From an uncultured Bacillales bacterium (lineage in GTDB: Bacteria; Bacillota_I; Bacilli_A; RF39; UBA660), in NCBI GenBank assembly GCA_947306705.1, contig CAMZHD010000002.1:1-50198 (forward strand): DNA of 50,198 nt, given 5' to 3'. Positions 17,127-25,245 of this stretch are shown piece after piece; positions within the stretch are counted from its first letter, which is position 1; each line of letters opens with the position of its first letter. Position numbers and translations under genes: made by a program. The notes below the pieces were generated by a model. The model made no database searches. It was not told the DNA's origin and saw only the letters and a program-made list of their open reading frames with translations.

Positions 17127-20033
17127 ATGAAATATAGGCGATATATACTAATGATTGCTCTTTTTGCATTTCTATTCATTTTTTATACTTTTATAGATAA
17201 TTCTTTCTCTATCTATAGAGAAGTTAAAACAGATACAATTAACTTAAGTATTTTAGCTCCAAATAGTGTTCTTGTTACATTTAATCCAAATGGAGGAACA
17301 CTCGCAACAGAAGAGTCTACTAGAGAATTAAATGAGGGAGATGAAATTGGAACTTTACCAGTGCCAACGTATCAAGCACATCAATTTCTAGGATGGTATA
17401 CAGAACAAACAGGAGGAACGAAAATAAAGGAAACAACCATCGTAAATAGTTCAACTACTTATTATGCACGTTGGATTGAAAACGATTCTCCATTAAATTA
17501 TGTATTCTATATACCAGGAGAATGTAGTTTTACATCCACTGGACTACAAAATGGTTCGAATGGAGATTGTATTAGTACAATTAATCCAACAGAGGAAGAC
17601 ATTGACTATACAGAAAGTACATTATCAGCTAAAAGATATATTGATACTGGAGTAGCCGTCTATAACGCAATAAACCATGAAAATGACGTTGAAATAGGAT
17701 TTACAATAGTAAGATATAATTCCAATGAAAATGAATATAGAGCTACTTTAGTCAATACAAAAGCAGAAATAGATAATAGTCAATTAAAATATCCTGGATT
17801 TACATTTAGAAAGAAAGATAATTCAGGTAGTTACGTACTTCAATCAAGAAAAAATTATAGTTCAAACGCAGAAGTAACTCTTTCGCCAGCAGATGTACAA
17901 AGCGTTATTATTTATCGTACAGCCGGAGCAATTTATTATAGTATAAATGGGGGAACAAAAATCAAGGTAAATGATGCATATAATCCTATATTTGATTTAA
18001 ATGCTTGGTTTGGTGCAGCTCCACAAAATGAAGATGCATCAGTTGCACAAAGATTTTTTATTGGTACCTTAAGTAAAATGTATATCAAACTTGAACCACC
18101 TGAGATGATGACAATAACATTTAATCCAAATTATGAAGGGGCAACAACGACAACGAAAGAAGTTGCAAAATCAGGTCCTATAGGAGATCTGCCAACCCCA
18201 ACAAGAGAAGGATTTGCATTCTTAGGATGGTTTACAGAAGCAACCAATGGAACACAAATAGATTCAAATACAATCATTACAACAAATATTACTTATTATG
18301 CTCATTGGATAGAAAGTGTAACAGTTACCCTTCATCCAAATGAAGGGCAAGTTACTCCAACAACTATCACAGTACCAATTAATACAGCAGTAGGTACACT
18401 TCCTACACCAACAAAAACGAATTATACCTTTGCCGGATGGTATCAAGATACGAATTTAACAATTCCAGCAAACTCTGAAACAATTATTACAGAAGATACA
18501 GATTTCTATGCTAAATGGTTACAAAGTGTAACGGTTACATTAAACGCAAATAATGGTACAGTTAGTCCAAGTACAATAAAGGTTGGACAAGGAACTGCAG
18601 TTGGTACACTTCCAACTCCAGAAAGAGAAGGATATACATTTGATGGATGGTATCAAGAACCTGAATTAACAAATCTCGCAACATCAGAAACAATCGTTAC
18701 AGAGAATACCACTTATTATGCAAAATGGATTGAAAATATAACCATTACATTAAATGCAGATGGAGGAACTGTAACTCCTACAACGATTGTAATTCCTAAA
18801 GGAACTGCTATTGGAGAATTACCAGTACCAGAATTGACTGATTACGACTTTGTTGGATGGTATACAGATAATACATATGCAACGCAAGTTACAGAACAAA
18901 CAGTATTTAATGCATCTACTACAATCATTGCAAAATGGGAAGAAACCGTGTATGTTGCTTGTATAGGAAATACATGCTATAACTCAATTCAAAAAGCAGT
19001 TAACGCTGTAACAGCAAATAACACAAAAACAACCATAACAATCATTAGTGATGTTGAGCCAACAGATGTTACAACAATCCCAAGAAATAAATGGGTAGAG
19101 TTAGATATCGGTTCATATACAATATCTACTCCTCTAAATTCATCTTATTCAATATTCAAAAATCAAGGAACATTAGATGTAATTAACGGAACAATTACAA
19201 GTAGAGGTGGATATATCTTTGAAAACCTAAGTGGATCAACCTTAAATATTAAAGGTGGAACATTTACTTATAACAATACAAATCATACTGAAAGCAAGGT
19301 TATTGAAATAAAAGGTGGAACTGTTTATATAACAGGTGGAACCCTTACATGTAATTCAAAAGCAGCAGTCATCAACGTTAACACAGGTGGAACCTTAAAT
19401 GTATCAGGTGGTACAATTAAAGGATTAAATACATTTAAAGGACAAGCTGTATATAATAACGGTGGAACAACAACCGTTAGTGGAACCGCTTATCTAGAGA
19501 ACAATTCACGTGCTGCCGTTGATAACGGTAGAGCTGCTCTACATAATAATGCCGGTACTATGACGATTCTAGGCGGAACAATTATCAGTAATAATAATGC
19601 AGCCGTTAAGAATAATGATATTATGACAATAGGAGATAACACCAATCCAATTGATACAACAACTCCTGTCATGCAAGGAAGTACTTATGGTCTAGAAATT
19701 GCAGATGGTAAGACTGTAACAATCTATGATGGTATCTTCAAAGGAAAAGGAAACACCACAGATAAAGCAATTAATGATGAAAGTTTAGTAACCTTAGATA
19801 ATGCGGAAATTGATCATACAACAGAAACAATTGATAATGAACAATATGATGTTGCTTATCTTGTAGAAACCCTAAACAACAATGGTACAAACTCTAACAA
19901 AGGAAAAGATGAGTCAGAAACAAATGATACACAATCCTTTAAAGAAATGAATTCATTTGGAGAGTTACCAATAACAAAAAAAGAGAATCCTGAATTTCTA
20001 GATGATTTGAAGAAATTAACGGTGGGTAAATAG
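17127..20033 (+). CDS. Large secreted repeat protein, 968 aa: Listeria-Bacteroides repeats, a lectin-like insert and a beta-helix-like region
   Basis: N-terminal TM followed by NSFSIYRE. Five ~69-aa units of the type TFNPNGG...LP.P.R.GY.F.GWY....G......T......YYA.W. GGTxxIxGGT-type repeats at about 19165-19640. Confidence 0.7.
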   Translation: MKYRRYILMIALFAFLFIFYTFIDNSFSIYREVKTDTINLSILAPNSVLVTFNPNGGTLATEESTRELNEGDEIGTLPVPTYQAHQFLGWYTEQTGGTKIKETTIVNSSTTYYARWIENDSPLNYVFYIPGECSFTSTGLQNGSNGDCISTINPTEEDIDYTESTLSAKRYIDTGVAVYNAINHENDVEIGFTIVRYNSNENEYRATLVNTKAEIDNSQLKYPGFTFRKKDNSGSYVLQSRKNYSSNAEVTLSPADVQSVIIYRTAGAIYYSINGGTKIKVNDAYNPIFDLNAWFGAAPQNEDASVAQRFFIGTLSKMYIKLEPPEMMTITFNPNYEGATTTTKEVAKSGPIGDLPTPTREGFAFLGWFTEATNGTQIDSNTIITTNITYYAHWIESVTVTLHPNEGQVTPTTITVPINTAVGTLPTPTKTNYTFAGWYQDTNLTIPANSETIITEDTDFYAKWLQSVTVTLNANNGTVSPSTIKVGQGTAVGTLPTPEREGYTFDGWYQEPELTNLATSETIVTENTTYYAKWIENITITLNADGGTVTPTTIVIPKGTAIGELPVPELTDYDFVGWYTDNTYATQVTEQTVFNASTTIIAKWEETVYVACIGNTCYNSIQKAVNAVTANNTKTTITIISDVEPTDVTTIPRNKWVELDIGSYTISTPLNSSYSIFKNQGTLDVINGTITSRGGYIFENLSGSTLNIKGGTFTYNNTNHTESKVIEIKGGTVYITGGTLTCNSKAAVINVNTGGTLNVSGGTIKGLNTFKGQAVYNNGGTTTVSGTAYLENNSRAAVDNGRAALHNNAGTMTILGGTIISNNNAAVKNNDIMTIGDNTNPIDTTTPVMQGSTYGLEIADGKTVTIYDGIFKGKGNTTDKAINDESLVTLDNAEIDHTTETIDNEQYDVAYLVETLNNNGTNSNKGKDESETNDTQSFKEMNSFGELPITKKENPEFLDDLKKLTVGK
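17268..17474 (+). repeat. Isolated Listeria-Bacteroides (Flg_new-type) repeat unit, coding
   Basis: VLVTFNPNGGTL...FLGWYTEQTGGTKI...TYYARW. Confidence 0.7.
18108..18938 (+). repeat. Tandem array of four ~207-210-bp coding repeats (Listeria-Bacteroides repeat units)
   Basis: Each unit ends in YYA(H/K)W, with ends at about 18308, 18518, 18728 and 18938. Units share GT/GDLPTP..EG(Y/F).F.GW(Y/F). Confidence 0.75.
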
Positions 20034-20059
20034 TCTAGACTAATACCCACCTTTCTTTT
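20021..20059 (+). terminator. Rho-independent terminator closing the SipW/TasA-like operon
   Basis: GGTGGGTA...TACCCACC stem spanning the stop codon, followed by TTTCTTTT. Confidence 0.75.
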
Positions 20060-20119
20060 AATGAAAATAAATATGATATAATAAGGATAGATTCTATACA
20101 AATCCTGGGATGTGATAGT

Positions 20120-20623
20120 ATGTATGAGGAAATAAGGAATGATAAATTCTTTCAAGAATATAAAAATTATAATCGTTGTGTATTAGATTACTTTATAATA
20201 AAAAGCAATCAAAGTCATAAAGAAGTATTATTATATGCAATGAATAAAATAAAAGAGCAAGAAAATGATATTACAATCAAAAAAGAGAAAATGAAGTATA
20301 AAGAAATAACTTCATCCGAATTATTTCAATTACCTCAAAATTATGAAAAAGAAAGGTATAATCAAAATAAAGGATATAAAAGACCATACTGGTATTTATT
20401 CCTAGATCCACCTCATCAAACAAACTATAAAATAGAAGACTTTATAGAATTAAACAATATCTTATTTCCAAAAGGAAAAGAGCATTTAGAAATATACAAT
20501 TGGAATGTAGAATGGTCTAATTACTTTGAGGATGGTCTAGAATGGTGGGGAGCTGCCGCTATATCAATCTATGATAAAGTATTAGACCGTTATGTAATTA
20601 TATTAGCTTCATCCACGGATTAA
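20120..20623 (+). CDS. Hypothetical protein, 167 aa
   Basis: ORF with a plausible SD. W/Y-rich C-terminal half (YFEDGLEWWG). Family not assignable by eye. Confidence 0.55.
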   Translation: MYEEIRNDKFFQEYKNYNRCVLDYFIIKSNQSHKEVLLYAMNKIKEQENDITIKKEKMKYKEITSSELFQLPQNYEKERYNQNKGYKRPYWYLFLDPPHQTNYKIEDFIELNNILFPKGKEHLEIYNWNVEWSNYFEDGLEWWGAAAISIYDKVLDRYVIILASSTD

Positions 20624-20641
20624 TAAATAAAGGAGAATAAA

Positions 20642-20842
20642 ATGAAAAAAGAGAAGAAAAAGATCATAAAAGAGAAAGAAAATAAAAAAGAAGAAACTGA
20701 ATCAAATGGATTAGCAATAGGGATGTGCTTAGGAATTAGCATTGGTACAGCATTAGGAGCCTTAACAGACAATATGCCATTATGCATTACGATGGGAATT
20801 GCTATCGGAACATGCTTAGGATTAGTGATAGATAAAAAATAA
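20642..20842 (+). CDS. Small membrane protein with glycine-zipper segments, 66 aa
   Basis: AAAGGAG SD. Lys/Glu-rich N-terminus followed by GLAIGMCLGISIGTALG and GIAIGTCLG (GxxxG repeats). Confidence 0.55.
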   Translation: MKKEKKKIIKEKENKKEETESNGLAIGMCLGISIGTALGALTDNMPLCITMGIAIGTCLGLVIDKK

Positions 20843-20853
20843 AAGGAGACACT

Positions 20854-21297
20854 ATGGAACCAAATAGATTTATGGTAAGATGTGCAGTCCATTTATTTCT
20901 AGTAAACGATGGAAAAATACTCGTTGAGAAAAGAAAAAATAGAGACTATGGGAATCATCAGTTAGATGTAATCGCATCTCACATAAAAGAAAATGAAACT
21001 GTAATCGATGCAATCATTCGTACAGCAAAAGAAGAAGTTAATATTACAATCCAGAAAGAAGATTTAAAGATTATTCAAGTTATGCAACAAAAGAGTGATC
21101 CCTACGAATATATTAATTATTTCTTCCTTACAGATACTTATTCCGGAGAACTAAAAAATAACGATGTAGACTATTGTGAGTCAATAGAGTGGGTTGATTT
21201 TCAATATCCTATTGAAAATATGATGGCATATATTAATTTTGCAATAAAAAACTACCAAGAGAATCCAGATAATATATTTACATTCTACGGATGGTAA
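20854..21297 (+). CDS. NUDIX-fold protein with a divergent Nudix box
   Basis: Nudix-box register S-x5-E-x7-R-T-A-K-E-E-V-N-I; canonical G, E and G are replaced by S, T and N. AAGGAG SD. Confidence 0.5.
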   Translation: MEPNRFMVRCAVHLFLVNDGKILVEKRKNRDYGNHQLDVIASHIKENETVIDAIIRTAKEEVNITIQKEDLKIIQVMQQKSDPYEYINYFFLTDTYSGELKNNDVDYCESIEWVDFQYPIENMMAYINFAIKNYQENPDNIFTFYGW

Positions 21298-21300
21298 ACA

Positions 21301-21331
21301 AAAAAGTCAGGAAATTATTTCCTGGCTTTTT
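21301..21331. terminator. Bidirectional terminator between convergent genes
   Basis: A-run, then GTCAGGAAA-TTA-TTTCCTGGC, then T-run. Confidence 0.7.
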
Positions 21332-22955
21332 ATTGATTAAAAGTCTTTTGATAAGCTTTTTTAACTTCTTCATTTTCTTTAGCACTAGTTGGTAGATTTT
21401 CGTATTCTCTAAGCATTTTTTCTTTTAATTGATCTTCTAATTGCTTTTGAGTAACAATTTCATTCTTAGCAATTCTATATTCTTGTTTTCCTTCCATTAA
21501 ATCAAGATTGTTTTCTTTTCTTTGTTTTCTAGTTAAAAGGAATTTTTCTCTATATTTTCTTTTCCAAAAATCAAGATTTAAGATAATAGATAAACCAATT
21601 ACTAAAGCACTTAAAAAATGACCTATAATTCTTTTATTAAATGAAGAAACAACTCTATCTTTCTTAGTAAAATCTCTATCTTTTTTAAGAATTGCATATT
21701 TATTTTCAGTATAACCAAAATCGGCAGGTCTTTCTTCTAATTCTTCAACCTGAGAAGATGTTTGTACTACCGTTGTATTTGGATCAAGATAATCTTTTAA
21801 ATTCTCATGTTGATCAAATTCAGATTCATCAACTCTATATACATAATCAGTTCTCTTATAACCTTCTCTAAATACTCCTGGTTCTTCCCATGGGGTATAT
21901 TCTACAATAATTAAATCCTCATCTTTTCCAGTTTGATAATCAACTGAGTAAGAAGTTGTATCCGTAGTACTATCATATATAGTAGTTGTAGTTTCATAAG
22001 CTGGTGCAGTTGAGATAGCATAATCAATTAGAACACCACCACTTATACCTAACGAAACAATAAGTGCTTGAATAAAAGCAGCAATTCTCTGTCTTTTAGA
22101 TTCATAATTAATCTGCTCCTTCTTTTTTTGAGTATTTGCAATTTTAGCAGAAGCAGCATTCTTATTAGCCAAAGCATCAACTTGTCTCTCACGAATTCTT
22201 TCAATCTCTTCAGCTTCATCAATGAATTTTTGAGTATTTGCAGAAGTAATATCAGGATTCTTATATAAAGCAAGTAATACTAATAATCTTTTATCTAAAA
22301 CACTAGAATTATAATTATGATTCATCATTCTTTTCGTTTTTAATTCTGAATATAAACGTTGTAGTTCATTATCTTCAACATTCTTTAAGTCATTCTCACA
22401 AAGTTCCGCAATATAACTAACATCCGTAGGATCCGTATTGATTCTTTGTAATAACTTACTTCCATTAGAATAGATTAATTCCATTTGCATAGCTCTATAA
22501 ACAAGATCATAGACACGATTAACCATTCTTTCTTCTGTATCATAATTAATATTAGAAGATTTTTTAATATCACATAATACATTTAAAACACGATTTACTA
22601 ACAATTCTATAGAAGATTCATCTGCTGTTTCCAACAATTTGTCTATTTCTTTACATTCACAATGAATCTTATAATATAATGCCCAATCTTTTTTTAATTT
22701 ACCATTTTCACTATCTAAAACGGCTTCATATTTTTTATAGATATTTAAAACAGAATCTGGTAAATAATCATAAGCAACTGCTCCTGAAAATGAAGTATAT
22801 GCACTTTGAACTTCCTTTTTTACAGTAGCATCAATGGCATTAACTTTATCTTCGATTGATTTTGTATTAAGGCCTAATTCTTTTAGACGAGCTATCGTAG
22901 CTTTTATCTCCTTTTTAGTTCCTTCATACATAATACCATGGTCAAGTTCAACCAT
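21330..22955 (-). CDS. Hypothetical two-TM protein, 541 aa, with a large helical N-terminal domain
   Basis: Long ORF. TM segments IAAFIQALIVSLGISGGVLI and IIGHFLSALVIGLSIILNL flank a Thr-rich ~150-aa loop. No recognisable motif. Confidence 0.65.
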   Translation of the reverse strand: MVELDHGIMYEGTKKEIKATIARLKELGLNTKSIEDKVNAIDATVKKEVQSAYTSFSGAVAYDYLPDSVLNIYKKYEAVLDSENGKLKKDWALYYKIHCECKEIDKLLETADESSIELLVNRVLNVLCDIKKSSNINYDTEERMVNRVYDLVYRAMQMELIYSNGSKLLQRINTDPTDVSYIAELCENDLKNVEDNELQRLYSELKTKRMMNHNYNSSVLDKRLLVLLALYKNPDITSANTQKFIDEAEEIERIRERQVDALANKNAASAKIANTQKKKEQINYESKRQRIAAFIQALIVSLGISGGVLIDYAISTAPAYETTTTIYDSTTDTTSYSVDYQTGKDEDLIIVEYTPWEEPGVFREGYKRTDYVYRVDESEFDQHENLKDYLDPNTTVVQTSSQVEELEERPADFGYTENKYAILKKDRDFTKKDRVVSSFNKRIIGHFLSALVIGLSIILNLDFWKRKYREKFLLTRKQRKENNLDLMEGKQEYRIAKNEIVTQKQLEDQLKEKMLREYENLPTSAKENEEVKKAYQKTFNQ

Positions 22956-23084
22956 ACTAATTTCCCCCTTAGAATAGCATTTCTGCTAAAGCGATACATA
23001 TTATACCACAAAACATTATAAATAGCAAATAAATAATGTTTTAAGAATAGATTTTATAGTATAATGTATATTGGATGGTGAAAA

Positions 23085-23600
23085 ATGAAAAAATACAATT
23101 GTAGTGTGATTATGGCAGGCCCTGCAACTGGTAAAACATTTCTCTCAGAACAAGATTATCATTTCGTAGATATTGATGGGGAAAGAGCAAAATATAAGTA
23201 TAACTTGTATTCCAAAACTCCAGAAGAATTAGAAAAAGGAAAATCTAATAGAGGAGAAGCTATTCATAAAGATTCAAAAGAATATGCAATTCAGTTATTA
23301 GAAGAAACCATTCAATCAGGAAGAATTGCTTTAGTATCCTATCAAGAAGAAATAGTAGAATACTTAAACACTCATCATATAGATTATTGCCTTGTATATG
23401 CTGAACGATCCGCAAGAGAAGAATATAGGGAAAGAATGATACATAGAGGAAATCCAGAAGAATTTGTAAGACAAATGACAGAAGAAGATGCTTGGAATCA
23501 ATTCTTTGAAAAAGATAAAAAGGATAATAGACCTAAATATAAAATAATACTAAAAAAGAATCAGTATTTATCAGATATAAAGAATGATTTTTTAGAGTAA
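23085..23600 (+). CDS. Small P-loop NTPase or kinase-like protein, 171 aa
   Basis: Walker A motif AGPATGKT at the extreme N-terminus. Its size matches nucleotide-kinase-like folds. Confidence 0.55.
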   Translation: MKKYNCSVIMAGPATGKTFLSEQDYHFVDIDGERAKYKYNLYSKTPEELEKGKSNRGEAIHKDSKEYAIQLLEETIQSGRIALVSYQEEIVEYLNTHHIDYCLVYAERSAREEYRERMIHRGNPEEFVRQMTEEDAWNQFFEKDKKDNRPKYKIILKKNQYLSDIKNDFLE

Positions 23601-23696
23601 AACAAACTGTCAAGTAAATGTATTATTGTGTAAATTTAATTGTAAAATAATAAATACCATAGTATATTTATATCAGAGAGATTAGAAGGTGAAGAA

Positions 23697-23873
23697 ATGG
23701 CAAAATTACTAAATAAATATACTATTAAGAAAATCATGGTAATATTAATTTTACTTGTATTATTCTTATTATTGTTTGTCGCACCAGTAGATGCTTCTAA
23801 TCAAAATAAAGCAAAGAATCATAATCCTTTCAATGTGAAAGAAATTGTAAAATATTTTTATAATCAAAAATAA
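23697..23873 (+). CDS. Small secreted peptide precursor, 58 aa (absent from the ORF track, below its length cutoff)
   Basis: AGAAGGTGA SD. Sequence MAKLLNKYTIKKIMVILILLVLFLLLFVAPVDA|SNQNKAKNHNPFNVKEIVKYFYNQK. Own promoter-like element (TTGTAA-17-TATATT, 23640-23668) and own terminator. Confidence 0.45.
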   Translation: MAKLLNKYTIKKIMVILILLVLFLLLFVAPVDASNQNKAKNHNPFNVKEIVKYFYNQK

Positions 23874-23897
23874 AAGAACTGTAGACAGTTCTTTTTC
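23874..23897 (+). terminator. Rho-independent terminator after the small peptide gene
   Basis: AAGAACTG-TAGA-CAGTTCTT plus T-run. Confidence 0.65.
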
Positions 23898-23914
23898 TGT
23901 AGAAGGAGGGTAAT

Positions 23915-24415
23915 ATGGAATATTTAGATATTTATAATGATCAAGGAATAAAAACAGGAAGAAAAATCATAAGAGGAGATAAATCCGTACAATTATCAAA
24001 GAATGAACATATCGCAATATCCGTTATTTTTATTGAAAATGAAAAGAATGAATTTTTAATTCAAAAAACGTCAAAAGAGAAAGGAGGAGAATATTCTTCT
24101 ACAGGAGGTCATGTAGATAGCGGAGAAACTCCATTAGAAGCCATTCTAAGAGAAGTGAAAGAAGAACTAGGAATAACATTAAAGAAAGAAGAAATAAAGG
24201 AATATGGATATCTATTATTTGATATGCCATTAAGATACTTATTCTATTGTAAAAAAGATATATCTATGGAAGAGATAACAATTCAAGAAGAGGAAGTAGA
24301 ATCCATTGAATATATGACAGCTTCTCAAATAGAAAAACTAATAAAAGAAAATAAAATGTTAAAATCACACGCGATATTATTTCAAGAATTATTAAAAAAA
24401 CAAAAAAAGATGTAA
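23915..24415 (+). CDS. NUDIX hydrolase
   Basis: Canonical Nudix box GGHVDSGETPLEAILREVKEELGI. GAAGGAGGG SD. Confidence 0.85.
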   Translation: MEYLDIYNDQGIKTGRKIIRGDKSVQLSKNEHIAISVIFIENEKNEFLIQKTSKEKGGEYSSTGGHVDSGETPLEAILREVKEELGITLKKEEIKEYGYLLFDMPLRYLFYCKKDISMEEITIQEEEVESIEYMTASQIEKLIKENKMLKSHAILFQELLKKQKKM

Positions 24416-24424
24416 ACCATCTTT

Positions 24425-25132
24425 TTATTTTTGAATAGAATAATCCCTTTTATCGCGAAGAAAGATAAAACGAGTATCACTTAATAAATCTGGATATACA
24501 GTCATATAATGATCAGAATGAACAAGTTCATGATGCTCAACACACCATTTATTTAGATAAGATTCATCATGCCAGACAGCAAAGATACATCTACTTGTAT
24601 CATATTCAATCATTTTTAATACATCCTTACACATTTGTTTTATAAGAGATGTTTTTCCGAAGAAAAAACCAGATTGAATATAAGAATAGGTCTTATTTTC
24701 TAAATAAGCAGAAGAATACGGATTAAGATGAATCTTAGACCATAAATCATAAGATACTTGGTCATTATCAAATGAATGATAAGATACATTCAGTTTATGA
24801 AAAATAAATAGTTCTTCTTTATGAGGATGAATAACCGCATTCCCATTGAAATAGCAGGAATATTCATAAGAATCATCTATATTCTCTAAAATATGCCACA
24901 TTTTATATAAAGCAATAATTGGCCAAGGATAATGATTAATCCTAGGACATAATTCTACTTTCACAAGACCCTTTTCATACTGATCATATTCTTCTAATCC
25001 ATCAGATATTAGTTTTACTGTTTTAGGATTATTCGGATAAAAATTTTGTAATGACTCTAAGAATTCTGAAAACAAAATTTTATAGGGACCAGTTGCGATA
25101 TAGAATATTGCTAATTTGTCTGTATCTTTCAT
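24425..25132 (-). CDS. Glycosyltransferase family 6 (bacterial NxN type)
   Basis: FAVWHDESYLNKW matches AVWHDESHLNKY of mammalian ABO/GT6. SGFFFG matches GGFFGG. YFNGN sits where eukaryotic GT6 has DVD. Start moved to ATG 25132 (AGGAGTG SD). Confidence 0.8.
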   Translation of the reverse strand: MKDTDKLAIFYIATGPYKILFSEFLESLQNFYPNNPKTVKLISDGLEEYDQYEKGLVKVELCPRINHYPWPIIALYKMWHILENIDDSYEYSCYFNGNAVIHPHKEELFIFHKLNVSYHSFDNDQVSYDLWSKIHLNPYSSAYLENKTYSYIQSGFFFGKTSLIKQMCKDVLKMIEYDTSRCIFAVWHDESYLNKWCVEHHELVHSDHYMTVYPDLLSDTRFIFLRDKRDYSIQK

Positions 25133-25245
25133 CTTATCACTCCTATGATACATTATAGCATATAGAAAAAATAGAAAAAACAATATCATATCATTTACAT
25201 CATTCTATCTATATATTATAATTTAAATATAATAGGAGAGAAGTT

